From Candidatus Fermentibacterota bacterium (lineage in GTDB: Bacteria > Fermentibacterota > Fermentibacteria > Fermentibacterales > JCC-6), in contig CAWJQI010000001.1 in assembly GCA_963845085.1 (NCBI GenBank), positions 256,001-320,000 of the forward strand: 64,000 nt of DNA. The letters are read 5' to 3'. The notes under the pieces were generated by a model, which saw only the letters and a list, made by a program, of their open reading frames with translations, was not told the DNA's origin and made no database searches. Below are positions 47,379 to 57,442 of this stretch, one piece after another. The position numbers were made by a program, and so were the translations under genes. How positions within the stretch are numbered: position 1 is the stretch's first letter; the number at the start of each line of letters is the position of its first letter.

Positions 47379-48548
47379 TCACACCCTCCTGGAGATGAAA
47401 TCGCGGAGGCGCTTCACACCTTTCTGAATATCGCTGTTCGATGCGGCAAAGGAAAGCCTGATGTACCCCTCTGATCCAAAGGCGCTTCCCGGTATGACGG
47501 CAAGGCCCTCCTCCTCCAGTAGACTAATACAGAAGGATGCGGTGTCAAGTTTTCCAAGGGATGGTTCAAGGTTCACGAACACATAGAATGCACCGAGCGG
47601 TTCGGGGAAGACGAGTTTCTCATCCTGTCCGAGAAGCGAGCACATGAGGTCGCGGCGCTGATGGAAGGATTCAAGCATGGTGAGCCTGTCCTGCTCGGCC
47701 CTTCCCTCGACCACGGCAACCGCCCCGTACTGGCACATCGTCGGTGCGTTGGATGTGGTATGGGACTGCACCCTGCCGGCCAAGGCTATCCATGCGGGAT
47801 CGGCCAGTGCGAACCCTATGCGCCAGCCGGTCATGCTCCAGGTCTTTGAGACACCTGTGACAACGGCAAGCCGTGGCGCGATGTCGGGCCTCGCCCTGAG
47901 CAGGTGGGGCACGACTCCTTCACCGTAGTAGAGGAATTCGTAGATGTCGTCGGAGATCACCCACATGCCTGAATCGGCAATCGCATCGGCGATCTGGGCA
48001 ATCTCGTCTTCGCTGTGAACCCTTCCGGTCGGGTTGTTGGGGGAGTTGAACACAAGGCCTGTCGCGCCTTCTGATGCAGCTTTTCTCACATCGTCCGCTG
48101 TAAGGTGGTGCCCCTCCCCCGCCACGGGAACACCGCCCAGACGCTTCACCATTTCAGGGTAGCTCACCCACCAGGGGCGCGGGATGAGAACGCGGTCGCC
48201 ATCCCTGATCACGGCTTCCATGAGGTTGGCGATGCTGTGCTTTGCGCCGCACGAAACGAGCACCCGTGCAGGGTCTGCAGGCATTCCGTGAAGGGCGCCC
48301 CACTTCTCGGCAACAGCCCTGCGCAGCTCGGGAAGCCCGGCGTTTGCCGTGTAACCGGTCCTTCCATCACGCATGGCCTTCTCGGCGGCTTCGATGGCCG
48401 CCGGGGGGGACGGGAAATCCGGCTGACCCGCGGAAAGTGAAACGATGTCACGGCCGGCGGCTTTGAGCTCCGCTGCCTTGGCGGTTATCTGAAGTGTCGC
48501 GGAACCGAGAAGGGATTCCGCCCTTGGGGCAAACCTGATGTCAGCCAT
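47379..48548 (-). CDS. PLP-dependent class I/II (aspartate) aminotransferase
   Basis: GQPDF, NSPNNPTG, SDDIY and SKTWSMTGWRIG. Confidence 0.93.
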   Translation of the reverse strand: MADIRFAPRAESLLGSATLQITAKAAELKAAGRDIVSLSAGQPDFPSPPAAIEAAEKAMRDGRTGYTANAGLPELRRAVAEKWGALHGMPADPARVLVSCGAKHSIANLMEAVIRDGDRVLIPRPWWVSYPEMVKRLGGVPVAGEGHHLTADDVRKAASEGATGLVFNSPNNPTGRVHSEDEIAQIADAIADSGMWVISDDIYEFLYYGEGVVPHLLRARPDIAPRLAVVTGVSKTWSMTGWRIGFALADPAWIALAGRVQSHTTSNAPTMCQYGAVAVVEGRAEQDRLTMLESFHQRRDLMCSLLGQDEKLVFPEPLGAFYVFVNLEPSLGKLDTASFCISLLEEEGLAVIPGSAFGSEGYIRLSFAASNSDIQKGVKRLRDFISRRV

Positions 48549-49029
48549 TCTTTCCACGCTCCTCCAGTGCCTTGCGGACGCAGGGCAGTACAAGGCTTGA
48601 AATGTCTCCGCCGTGCCTGGCAATTTCCTTGACCAGTGTTGACGAAAGGTAGATGTTGCTCTCCGATGGCATCATGTACACGCCTGTGATCTCCGGGGAA
48701 AACCGCCTGTTCATGAGCTGAAGCTGGAATTCGTACTCAAAGTCTGACATGGCCCGGAGACCCCTGATGAAGACCGTCGAGCCGATCTCACGCATGTGGT
48801 TCACCAGCAGCCCCCGGAAGGAAGCCACTGTAATGCTGCCGGGCAGCCCGGCTTCCTCGATCGAGCACCTGACAAGCTCAACCCTCTGTGCGGTGGTGAA
48901 CAGCGTCTGTTTCGGCGTGGAGTCGGCCACCCCGACATGAAGGCTGCCGAATACGGAGACAGCCCTTTTTATTATGTCGATGTGCCCCAGAGTGATGGGA
49001 TCGAAGGTGCCGGGGTAGAGCACTTTCAT
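48541..49029 (-). CDS. coaD: Phosphopantetheine adenylyltransferase
   Basis: YPGTFDPITLGH, RGLRAMSDFEYE and SSTLVKE. Confidence 0.96.
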   Translation of the reverse strand: MKVLYPGTFDPITLGHIDIIKRAVSVFGSLHVGVADSTPKQTLFTTAQRVELVRCSIEEAGLPGSITVASFRGLLVNHMREIGSTVFIRGLRAMSDFEYEFQLQLMNRRFSPEITGVYMMPSESNIYLSSTLVKEIARHGGDISSLVLPCVRKALEERGKNG

Positions 49030-49039
49030 GCCGCCCCGG

Positions 49040-49558
49040 TCACACTCTGGTGATGAACAGCCAGGAACTTCCATACCTTCTCTTCTCCCATCCGGGCAGT
49101 GCCTGCGATGATCCGGATTCGGCCATGATCACCGCTCCCGGGGCGGCCAGTTCACCCCAGGGAACCGACCCGATCCAGGAATATATGCCCGATTCCCTGT
49201 AGGGAGGGTCAATGAAAACCACATCGGGAGGCCCGGACAGACCGGTCAGATCACCTGGAAGGGTTTTCCGCACAAGCTCGGCCTTAAAGGCGGAGTTGCG
49301 GTCCTTCAGAAACTGGTGGATCGAATGAAGGTTCCCCTGGCTCGAGTCGACGAAAACGCTCTTTGAGGCGCCGCAGCTCAGGGCTTCGAGACCGAATGCG
49401 CCCGTCCCGCAGAAAAGGTCCCAGAACAGGGACCCCTCAAGATCTCCCCCCAGAATGCTGAAAACCGCCTCCCTCATCCTCGATGAGGTGGGGCGAACTC
49501 CGGAAGGGCATGGGCGGAGGACATGGCCTTTCCATGTCCCCCGCCCGATTCTCGTCAA
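49040..49558 (-). CDS. rsmD: RsmD family rRNA methyltransferase
   Basis: RPTSSRMREAVF, DLFCGTG..GLEALS and DPPY; upstream of coaD. Confidence 0.9.
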   Translation of the reverse strand: MTRIGRGTWKGHVLRPCPSGVRPTSSRMREAVFSILGGDLEGSLFWDLFCGTGAFGLEALSCGASKSVFVDSSQGNLHSIHQFLKDRNSAFKAELVRKTLPGDLTGLSGPPDVVFIDPPYRESGIYSWIGSVPWGELAAPGAVIMAESGSSQALPGWEKRRYGSSWLFITRV

Positions 49559-49568
49559 CGTCTCCCGC

Positions 49569-51317
49569 CTAGTAGGGCCTGATGATGTGCGGGGTTACGA
49601 ATATCACAAGCTCGGTGCTGTCCACGTTGTCGGAGGAGTAGCTGAACAGAAGGTCACCGAGGAAGGGTATGTGGCCAAGGATGGGAACCCTTCTCCGAAC
49701 CGTGGTGGTCTTGCTTCTCATGATGCCGCCGATGACCGCTGTGGCGCCGTCGTCGATCATGAGCGTGGTGTTCGCCTCCTGGGTGAGGATGATGGGCTGG
49801 TCGGATGCCGTGGACTCACCGGAAAGGTCGCTCACCACCGGCCTGAGCTCAAGGGTCACATTGTTGTTGGCGTTGATGTGCGGCGTCACCTCGAGGCTCA
49901 CGCCAACGCTGTAGAGCTGCACGTAGGTGTTGCCGGAGGCGTCCATCAGGGTGAGTGGCACCTGCTTGCCGCTCATCACAAACCCGGTCATGTTGTCGCA
50001 GATGGCTATCCGGGGTTCGGACAGGATGTGCGCCATGTTCTCCGACTCGAGGTAACTGAGAGTCGCCTCGATGTTGAACATGTCCGTGACGGTTCCGAAT
50101 GCGATGTTGCCGGTCGGGTCGCCGACCGAGAGATCGGTGTTCATTCCGGCCCTCGTGAGCTGGTCGCTGCGGGTGAGGTTGCCTATCGACCAGTCAATGC
50201 CGAATTCGCGGCGAACCGTTGCATCGATCTCGACAAGCTTGGCTTCGATCATCACCTGCGCGGTCGGGCTGTCGAGAATGGGCAGCATGCGCCCTATCTC
50301 ATTCAGCTTCCTGGGGATGTCGGTGACGATGAGCGAGTTTGTGCGGTTGTCGACGCTGATCTCGCCCCGGCTCGAAAGAACGCCCTGGGTTGCGGCCTGA
50401 ATATCCTCCGCCTTGGCGTAACGGATGATGAACACCTCGGTGTGAAGGTCCTGCAGGTTTTCCCGCTGGGCCTGGGTGCTCGCCATTTCGTTCACCTGGG
50501 AATAGAAGTCAGAACGAAGGGCAACCCTGAGCGTGTTGTGACCGCTCTGGGTGGCCACGAGGTCCTGGCTTGCGAGGATGGCCGTAAGGGCGTCGCACCA
50601 GCCGACGTTGCGAAGCCTTGCGGTAACCGTTCCCTGGTACGTCTCCGGGATGATGATGTTCATGCCGCTGACGTCGCTTATCGAGCGCATGACGGTTCTG
50701 ATGTCAGCCTCGACCACATCGATCGTTATGCGGCGTCCGCCCGTGCCGCTCCAGGTTACCGGGAAGCCGTCCTCGACCTGGCGGCCGGGTTCGGAGACCC
50801 TGACCCCGGATACCGATCCGGTCATGGATGAAGTCGTGCTGCCGCCCACCGGCGTAGAAAGGGGAGGAACGCTCCCACCGGTGACGACCGGTCCAACCGT
50901 CTGGGAAGTGGCCGACCATGCGGTAAATGGAGTGCCCGCGGGGTCGGTGAACAGGGTGAGCACGAGGCGGTTGCCATCCTGGAGGTCGGTGCTGTAGTTG
51001 AGCAGCTCGCCGTTCACGTCGACGATGACCCTGACTATTCCCTCCGGTGGAGCCTTGTACTGGCTGGTGCGGATGGCACCCACACCACCCCTGTCAACCG
51101 CGAAATCGGTCGAGGGAAGTGCGTGAACCGCATCGCCGAGGTCGATCACCACCCTCATGGGGTCAGTGAGCAGGAACTTCTCATAGGTGATGGCGCCGTC
51201 GGTGACGATCGTCACCTGGGTTCTGTCACCGCTGGGAACAACTGAAATGTCTGTCACCCTGTAGGCCATCAATGGAACCCACAGGAGCAATAGAAGCAAA
51301 GGGCTGATTCTTCGCAT
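49569..51317 (-). CDS. pilQ: Type IV pilus secretin with AMIN domain
   Basis: AMIN (PMRVVIDL), DNRTNSLIV, QVMIEAKLVE, DDGATAVIGG, VPILGHIP and ELVIFVTP. Confidence 0.93.
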   Translation of the reverse strand: MRRISPLLLLLLWVPLMAYRVTDISVVPSGDRTQVTIVTDGAITYEKFLLTDPMRVVIDLGDAVHALPSTDFAVDRGGVGAIRTSQYKAPPEGIVRVIVDVNGELLNYSTDLQDGNRLVLTLFTDPAGTPFTAWSATSQTVGPVVTGGSVPPLSTPVGGSTTSSMTGSVSGVRVSEPGRQVEDGFPVTWSGTGGRRITIDVVEADIRTVMRSISDVSGMNIIIPETYQGTVTARLRNVGWCDALTAILASQDLVATQSGHNTLRVALRSDFYSQVNEMASTQAQRENLQDLHTEVFIIRYAKAEDIQAATQGVLSSRGEISVDNRTNSLIVTDIPRKLNEIGRMLPILDSPTAQVMIEAKLVEIDATVRREFGIDWSIGNLTRSDQLTRAGMNTDLSVGDPTGNIAFGTVTDMFNIEATLSYLESENMAHILSEPRIAICDNMTGFVMSGKQVPLTLMDASGNTYVQLYSVGVSLEVTPHINANNNVTLELRPVVSDLSGESTASDQPIILTQEANTTLMIDDGATAVIGGIMRSKTTTVRRRVPILGHIPFLGDLLFSYSSDNVDSTELVIFVTPHIIRPY

Positions 51318-52702
51318 CAGAAACCACCTTCTTCATGCAGCCGCATCGAATAGATGGTCGGGATGGACGTTACGGCCCCGCCCTCCACCGACGACCCGAC
51401 TGTTACTTCCTGTACGACTATGACCTCATTGCTCGTGATCTCCGCAATGTGGGTGTTGTTGGCCAGCATGGTGCCCGCCTGGAGGATGTAGGCAACCCCG
51501 TTGGCATCCTCGACCATCGCCTGATCCCCGCCGGACGGATCCAGTGTGATACCCACCAGATGAAGCTCCTCGATGCTCAGATCGGCCAGAGGCCGTCTGA
51601 GATCACGCCTCGAGGCGGGAAACTCGGTGAATGGATCCGGCCTGCTGGAAACGGATTCGTAGATCCTGAACACCCCGCTTATGGAAACGCTTGAAGATGA
51701 TACTCCGGAAACCCCCGCAGCCGTCTGCCCGCCGGTCTGCCCGGCAAGGCTGCACTCAATCCTGGCGAGATCGTAGGTGGGCAGGCTTGTCTCGACCTGG
51801 TCAAGCTCGCTCCAGACGGATAGACCGGAGTCAGTGAGGAGCCATATCGGAGCTGTGCCGCTGGCGCAGATCTCCCTTGGTTTCTCCGAGAAATCGCGTG
51901 CGAGCAGTTCGCCGTCGTCAAGCGAGACGACGCCTGCGTTGTTCATCACGAGCCCTGAAGCGTGGAGGCTTCCCGGGCAGTGGATGGCCCACTCACCAGG
52001 GGCGGTTCTGAGATAAACGGTCGAGCCGTCACCCGCGAACAACCCCTCTTCGCCCCGGGCGATGACAGTGGTTCCCTCGGGAAGGGTTTCAGTTCTGTTG
52101 AGCCCCACGGAGGTATCGAGCAGTGAGAGGGTTCCGTCGGTATTGATCCAGGCCCAGTCCTCACCGTACCTGATCAGCCCGCCCGAAGGTTCGACCCCCG
52201 AAGATGGCAGGGGCTCGGCGGATTCGGTGTGCGGATTGACAAGGATTGAACCGTCCTGGAAGAGAACTACCAGTTCATCCCCGCTTGCCGCGATGTCGAG
52301 GGGGACGGAGGCGTGCTCGTAGGGGTGCGCTTCTGCAGCCCCCTCGGAAACGATGATCACTTCGTCCGGTGTCAGCAGGACGGGCTCACCGTTCAGAAGG
52401 GCGATGTCGAAGGCATCTTCGGCTCCCTCGATCCAGGCCGGATTCCAGACGCCGGTCTCCCTCGACCAGACAAGAAGCAAACCGGAGGCGCCCAGCAGAT
52501 GCACACCGTTTTGATCCGCCTGCATTGCCGTGACCGGCCCCGGTGTTTCCACGGAGAGCCAGCCGGCGACAGCATCCGGCTGCACGATCGTGATCGCGCC
52601 GCCCGAGGTGTCAGTTCTTTCCGACTCTCCCCCGGAGCCGCAGGCCGGCGCAAGGAGAAGGAGGGTGACCGCAGCCGCAAGAACCGTAACGGTCTTCAGC
52701 AT
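51317..52702 (-). CDS. pilP: Extended PilP-like lipoprotein
   Basis: Lipobox APAC; C-terminal RPDPF..LHLVGI..AMVEDANG..EITSNEVIV; lies between pilO and pilQ. Confidence 0.72.
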   Translation of the reverse strand: MLKTVTVLAAAVTLLLLAPACGSGGESERTDTSGGAITIVQPDAVAGWLSVETPGPVTAMQADQNGVHLLGASGLLLVWSRETGVWNPAWIEGAEDAFDIALLNGEPVLLTPDEVIIVSEGAAEAHPYEHASVPLDIAASGDELVVLFQDGSILVNPHTESAEPLPSSGVEPSGGLIRYGEDWAWINTDGTLSLLDTSVGLNRTETLPEGTTVIARGEEGLFAGDGSTVYLRTAPGEWAIHCPGSLHASGLVMNNAGVVSLDDGELLARDFSEKPREICASGTAPIWLLTDSGLSVWSELDQVETSLPTYDLARIECSLAGQTGGQTAAGVSGVSSSSVSISGVFRIYESVSSRPDPFTEFPASRRDLRRPLADLSIEELHLVGITLDPSGGDQAMVEDANGVAYILQAGTMLANNTHIAEITSNEVIVVQEVTVGSSVEGGAVTSIPTIYSMRLHEEGGF

Positions 52703-52724
52703 GATTTCCTTACCTCCTTCCCGT

Positions 52725-53282
52725 TCAGGGCTGTACGAAGGCGCTGAAGGTGAACGACGCCTCGATGTTGTCGAACTTGCCCTCGGCGGCCTTCTGCTGG
52801 TGGATCTCAAGGTTTGATACAGCGCTCATCAGCATTTCCTGGGTGAGCTGGTCGAGGAAAACGCCCAGCCTGTGGAAGCGGCCGGTGAGCCTGACCTGCC
52901 AGTCATAGATAACGTACTCGCCCTCGGTGACGTACTGCATCGGAGTGAGGGACACAATGGAGAGACCGCTTCTCGCGGCCCCCTCCGTCAGCATCCCCAT
53001 CACCGCTTCCTGGTCGTAGACCCTGGGAAGCAGCCGGTCGAGGGTGTTCAGTTCCTGAGTGTACATCTCGATTCTCTGCGCCATCACAGCAAGGTCCTCG
53101 GAGGTTCTGCTTCTGAGGCTCTGATGCTCGATCCTCCGCATGTCGAGATTCTGCTGCTCGACGGCGATCTCCCCCTGAAGGCCCTTGGCGAGGAACATGA
53201 AGTAGCCGAGCAAAATGGCTGCGAGGAGGAGTATTCCCACGATGAACCTCAGGACCCGCGCATCGCGAAAGTCTATCGCCAT
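52725..53282 (-). CDS. pilO: Type IV pilus assembly protein PilO
   Basis: TM helix plus coiled coil; LLP, ARSGL and LTGRFHRLGVFL. Confidence 0.85.
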   Translation of the reverse strand: MAIDFRDARVLRFIVGILLLAAILLGYFMFLAKGLQGEIAVEQQNLDMRRIEHQSLRSRTSEDLAVMAQRIEMYTQELNTLDRLLPRVYDQEAVMGMLTEGAARSGLSIVSLTPMQYVTEGEYVIYDWQVRLTGRFHRLGVFLDQLTQEMLMSAVSNLEIHQQKAAEGKFDNIEASFTFSAFVQP

Positions 53283-53326
53283 GGTGAATCCTTTCCGTGA
53301 GTGCAAGCGCCCAGGTTCAGGTGCAT

Positions 53327-53773
53327 CTACTCACCGCCCCCGCCCGAGGGTGGTTTGAACGCTGTGACGGGCACATCCCACACCGTGAGTGTATCGCCTG
53401 CCGTGATGGTGAACGGGTCCTCATCAAAGCTGCGGTATTCGTATTCCATGCCCATGGCGTACGCCATCAGTCCCACGCGACCCGTTCCGGTGAAGCCGAA
53501 CCCTTCAACGCCCTCACCGCTCGTGCCGGGGTAGAAGGGCACTTCAAGGAAAAAGTATCCATCGGCGTTGGTGACTGCGGAGACCGTGGGCATGACCACG
53601 CTGTCGGGATCCACCTGAACCACGACCGTGGCGCCCTCGTAGGGCTCCGTCATGGTCGAGTCGGTGTAGATCCGGCCCGTGATGTAGGCCTTGGTCTCAC
53701 TGGTGCCGAAGGGATCGCAGCCGGCAAGTAGAACCGCTGCGATCACGACGAAGAACAACATCTTTCTTTTCAT
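53327..53773 (-). CDS. Lipoprotein with a carboxypeptidase-regulatory-like fold, inside the pil operon
   Basis: MKRK..LLAGC lipobox; ITGRIY..GATV..VTNADGYF. Confidence 0.72.
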   Translation of the reverse strand: MKRKMLFFVVIAAVLLAGCDPFGTSETKAYITGRIYTDSTMTEPYEGATVVVQVDPDSVVMPTVSAVTNADGYFFLEVPFYPGTSGEGVEGFGFTGTGRVGLMAYAMGMEYEYRSFDEDPFTITAGDTLTVWDVPVTAFKPPSGGGGE

Positions 53774-53783
53774 GACTCCTCCG

Positions 53784-55529
53784 TCACATTCCGGCGTAGT
53801 CGCCCACCAGAGGTTCAAGGGACGACAGGTTTATTACAACACTCATTGAGAAACGATATCTTGTCTCATTGCCCGCCCCCTCGCCGGATCCGTCGAGGAC
53901 AGGCGCAACATCGTAGCTTTGACCGAAGTCGCCGGTTTGGAAAAGAGTCTGCGTTCCATCGGGCGCGATTTCGGAAAGCCGGCGCTGGAATTCGATGATG
54001 TCACCCCAGGAGCGCGCGATTCCGGTGATCTGGAGGTCGGTGCCCATGAGAGTGAGGTCGGTCAGGTAGATGTTCTTCCCCGTCTCCTCGGCAAGCTCAG
54101 ACTGCTGGGGGTACAACGCCCTGCAGAGGTACTCGAGAACGTACACCGTGCTTTTCTGCTTCAGCGAGAGGCTCGCGATCGCCGCACGCTTCGCGTTCAC
54201 GGTCTGCTCAAGGTCGGTGACCTCCTGCTGTCTGGAGAGCTGCTCCTGCATCTGGGCGATCTCGGCGTCGACCGTGGCTATTTCCTCCCTGATGCTGTCC
54301 CGGGTTTTCTGCAGATGCATGTAGTGAAGCCCGAGCAGCACAACGGTGACGAGAACGAGACCGAGGGGCAGCCAGCTGACGACCGCAGCGAGAGGCGAGG
54401 CTTCGGCAGCGGCCGCAGAGCTCTTGGCCTTCTGCTTCTCCTCCTCGGGGAGGATGTTGATGTCCATGTCGCCCGGAACGAATCCCCTCAGGGCGAGACC
54501 GGTGGCGACGGAAAGGAGCGCGTCGAGCCCGGGCTGCTCTTCCTCGGATACAAGCCCCGGTTCGACCTGGATGCTCTTGAACGGGCTGAACCTCTCAACG
54601 GGAAGGCCGTGCTGCTCCGAGAGTATTGCAGCCAGATCAGGCATGAGCGAGCACCCGCCGCTTATGTACATCTTGTCGATCCTGGTGCTCTCACCGGAGG
54701 CCTGGAAGCTGATGAACGACCTTCTGACGCTTGTAGAGAGTTCCTGGACAACGCTGCTGACAGCGTTCTTCACGTCTTCGGCGCTCACTCCCTCCGGAAG
54801 GTTGCCCCTGAGGACTCCCTCCGCGGTTTCGTAGTCGAAGCCGAGGAACCTCTGGACGGCCTCGACAAACCGTGTTCCCCCGATCGCGAGGTCACGGTTG
54901 AAACTGGGCACCCCGCTCTTCGCTATGACCAGGTTCGTGTTGTCGGCGCCGATGTTGAGGATGGTTACGCATTCATCTTCCGATGGGTTGTAGGCGTACT
55001 GGTAAGCCCTGAGGAGGGCGAACTGCTCGAGGTCCACACTTGCCGTTCGAAGGCCGGCCGCCTGTATGAGGCCCCGGTGGAGGTGAATGACCTCCTTCTT
55101 CGCCGCGACGAGCAGGACTTCCATCTGGCCGGGCCCGGCCTCTTCGTTGATGATCTTGAAGTCAATGCTGACCTCGTCCACCCTGAAGGGGATGTGCTGC
55201 TCGGCCTCCCAGTGGATGGCCTGCCTGGCCTGGGCTTCGGTCATCTTTTCCATGGGAATGCGCCGCACGATGACGCTTCTGCCGGAGACCGCGGAATTCA
55301 CCGCTTTGGGCTTTATGCCCGCCTTGGTGATGGCGTCCCCGATCGAGGAAACCAGATGGTCCCTGTTGACCACTTCACCGTCGACCACGGTGCCGGGAGC
55401 GAGTTCCACTACCGCATACCTGCTGAGCTTCATTGTTTTGCCGGACCGCGTGAGCTCAACAACCTTGACGGAGTGACTACCGATATCGAGGCCGACGGTG
55501 GTTTTTCCCGAACCTCCCAAGATCAGCAT
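53784..55529 (-). CDS. pilM: PilM-PilN fusion protein
   Basis: VGLDIGSHSVK, EAEQHIPF, LNIGA and ISGG, then the PilN INILP motif, a TM helix, coiled coil and periplasmic domain in the same frame. Confidence 0.9.
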   Translation of the reverse strand: MLILGGSGKTTVGLDIGSHSVKVVELTRSGKTMKLSRYAVVELAPGTVVDGEVVNRDHLVSSIGDAITKAGIKPKAVNSAVSGRSVIVRRIPMEKMTEAQARQAIHWEAEQHIPFRVDEVSIDFKIINEEAGPGQMEVLLVAAKKEVIHLHRGLIQAAGLRTASVDLEQFALLRAYQYAYNPSEDECVTILNIGADNTNLVIAKSGVPSFNRDLAIGGTRFVEAVQRFLGFDYETAEGVLRGNLPEGVSAEDVKNAVSSVVQELSTSVRRSFISFQASGESTRIDKMYISGGCSLMPDLAAILSEQHGLPVERFSPFKSIQVEPGLVSEEEQPGLDALLSVATGLALRGFVPGDMDINILPEEEKQKAKSSAAAAEASPLAAVVSWLPLGLVLVTVVLLGLHYMHLQKTRDSIREEIATVDAEIAQMQEQLSRQQEVTDLEQTVNAKRAAIASLSLKQKSTVYVLEYLCRALYPQQSELAEETGKNIYLTDLTLMGTDLQITGIARSWGDIIEFQRRLSEIAPDGTQTLFQTGDFGQSYDVAPVLDGSGEGAGNETRYRFSMSVVINLSSLEPLVGDYAGM

Positions 55530-55618
55530 CTTCTCCCTCCCGGGAACCGATCCGGACCCTGCCGGATCCATTAACGGCCGCAAGATGTTTGCGACACATT
55601 TACAATAACTCCAGCCGG

Positions 55619-55647
55619 AGTTTAGCACATCAAAAACCCAGCGTCAA
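55619..55647 (-). promoter_or_regulatory. Sigma70 promoter of the pil operon
   Basis: TTGACG-17nt-TAAACT with an extended TG. Confidence 0.65.
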
Positions 55648-55684
55648 TACCCCAATTTCATAAGTGTCGAATTTCATATTTCCC

Positions 55685-55712
55685 TTGACACGCAACCACC
55701 ATTCCGTATCTT
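55685..55712 (+). promoter_or_regulatory. Sigma70 promoter, divergent from the pil promoter
   Basis: TTGACA-16nt-TATCTT. Confidence 0.55.
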
Positions 55713-55731
55713 TCCCGCACGGGAGGCTGAA

Positions 55732-56043
55732 ATGGCAAAAACTGACGGTAACGGCCCTGTTGTGAGGTTCAACGACATCGAGATCCACAGCGAACCATCG
55801 GTACGGCTCACGGTGCCTGTAAGACCGGACCAGGAAGAGGTGCTCTCAAGGATGGTGCGCTCCATCTCGCAGAACCGTTCAAGGCAGAACCGCAGCCAGC
55901 GCATTACAAAAGCAACCCTGATGAGGGCTTACATTGATGCACTGGCGTCGCTGTCCGTTGATCTGGAAGAAATACCCGACGAGGCAACACTGCTGGACAG
56001 GCTTCTTGAAGCCATGCACCAACGACCTCGGTCACTGACCTGA
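55732..56043 (+). CDS. Small hypothetical protein, possibly ribbon-helix-helix
   Basis: GGAGG Shine-Dalgarno; strand-helix-helix pattern (RLTVPV..ITKATLMRAYID); hairpin at 56064-56083. Confidence 0.65.
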   Translation: MAKTDGNGPVVRFNDIEIHSEPSVRLTVPVRPDQEEVLSRMVRSISQNRSRQNRSQRITKATLMRAYIDALASLSVDLEEIPDEATLLDRLLEAMHQRPRSLT

Positions 56044-56083
56044 CAACAAGCATCACCCAATCGCCGCAAATTGTTGCGGTTTT

Positions 56084-57346
56084 CTAAACAACAGTTCCGT
56101 CGGGAATGACCGCACCTTTCGGGATAACGATGATCCCATCCCTGATGAACCAGGAATCCCCGTCGGCCTCTTCAAGGCCGGCTTCGTTCAGGAGCCTTAC
56201 TTCCGATCCTATCCTGGCGTTCTTGTCGATTATGGCCCTGCGGATATGTGAGCCATCGCCGACGCCCATCGGCGGAAGGGAGGGGTCGAGAACCGCGGGA
56301 TCCTGCGGGTGTCCCCGCCAGAAGTCGGCGCCCATCAGAACGGTCTCGTCGAGCACGCAGCCCTTTCCCAGGTAGCTGCGGATCCCAACTATCGAGTTCC
56401 TCACCACCGCGCCGTTGAGGTCGGAGGCATCGCATACGATGGCGTTGTCCATGCTGCAGTTGCGAAGCCTGGCGCCGGGAAGGGCGCGGGCCCTGGTGTA
56501 GAGGGGGGAGAACTGGCTGTACATGTCGAACTCGGGGTTTGGCATGGCGAGATCGATGTTGGCCTTGAAGAAGCTCTTTATCGTTCCTATGTCCGACCAG
56601 TAGCCGCTGAACGGGAAGGCTGTCATCCTGTAACGGCCCAGGGCGCACGGGATTATTTCCTTGCCGAAATCGTCGTGTTCCGGGTTCTGTGTCAAAAGAT
56701 CGCTCAAAACCCCTGGCTTGAACAGGTAGATGCCCATGCTGCCGAGGAACGGGCGGTCTTCGGTAACACAGGAGAACGAGCTCTCAAGCCCGGAGAGCCG
56801 CTCGGGAGCGGGCTTCTCATGAAATCCCTGAATGGCGCCCCGTGAATCGACCTGTATGATGCCCAACCCTGACGCCTCGTCCCTGCAAACGGGCTTGGCG
56901 GCAATGCAGATGTCTGAGGAAGTGTCGTTGAAGTGCTGGATGAAATCGAGGAAGTTCATCCTGTAGAGCTGATCGCCTGAAAGTATCAGCACCAGGTCCG
57001 GCTGGAGGGACAGGATGTGTATCATGCTTTTCCTGACGGCATCCGCGGTTCCCTGGAACCAGTCCACGCTGTCGTAGGTCTGCTCGGCGGCAAGTATCGA
57101 GACGAAGCCGTTCGTGAACCTGTCGAACCGGTAGGTCTGCGCGATGTGCCGGTTCAGGCTTTCGCTGTTGTACTGGCTCAGCACGAGAATCTGCCTGATT
57201 CCGTCGTTCACGCAGTTAGAGATGGGTATGTCGATGAGCCTGTACTTCCCCCCGATCGGGACTGCCGGCTTGCACCGGAGCTTTGTGAGCGGGTACAGCC
57301 GGGTGCCCCTTCCACCTCCGAGAATAACAGCGACAACACTTCTCAT
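56084..57346 (-). CDS. glgC: Glucose-1-phosphate adenylyltransferase
   Basis: ILGGGRGTRLYPLT, KPAVPIGGKYRLIDIP, WFQGTADAVR and DFGKEIIP. Confidence 0.96.
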   Translation of the reverse strand: MRSVVAVILGGGRGTRLYPLTKLRCKPAVPIGGKYRLIDIPISNCVNDGIRQILVLSQYNSESLNRHIAQTYRFDRFTNGFVSILAAEQTYDSVDWFQGTADAVRKSMIHILSLQPDLVLILSGDQLYRMNFLDFIQHFNDTSSDICIAAKPVCRDEASGLGIIQVDSRGAIQGFHEKPAPERLSGLESSFSCVTEDRPFLGSMGIYLFKPGVLSDLLTQNPEHDDFGKEIIPCALGRYRMTAFPFSGYWSDIGTIKSFFKANIDLAMPNPEFDMYSQFSPLYTRARALPGARLRNCSMDNAIVCDASDLNGAVVRNSIVGIRSYLGKGCVLDETVLMGADFWRGHPQDPAVLDPSLPPMGVGDGSHIRRAIIDKNARIGSEVRLLNEAGLEEADGDSWFIRDGIIVIPKGAVIPDGTVV

Positions 57347-57442
57347 TCCGGTTCCCCCTCCGCTTTTGGCCGCAGCAACGATTATTTCCCATCCCGGATT
57401 GAAGTCAACCCGGAGGCTGCGGTTCAGAGAAAACCCCAATAC

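Noticed and set aside
55530..55615. c-di-GMP riboswitch before pilM
   Set aside because: Only a simple hairpin is present; no GEMM consensus.
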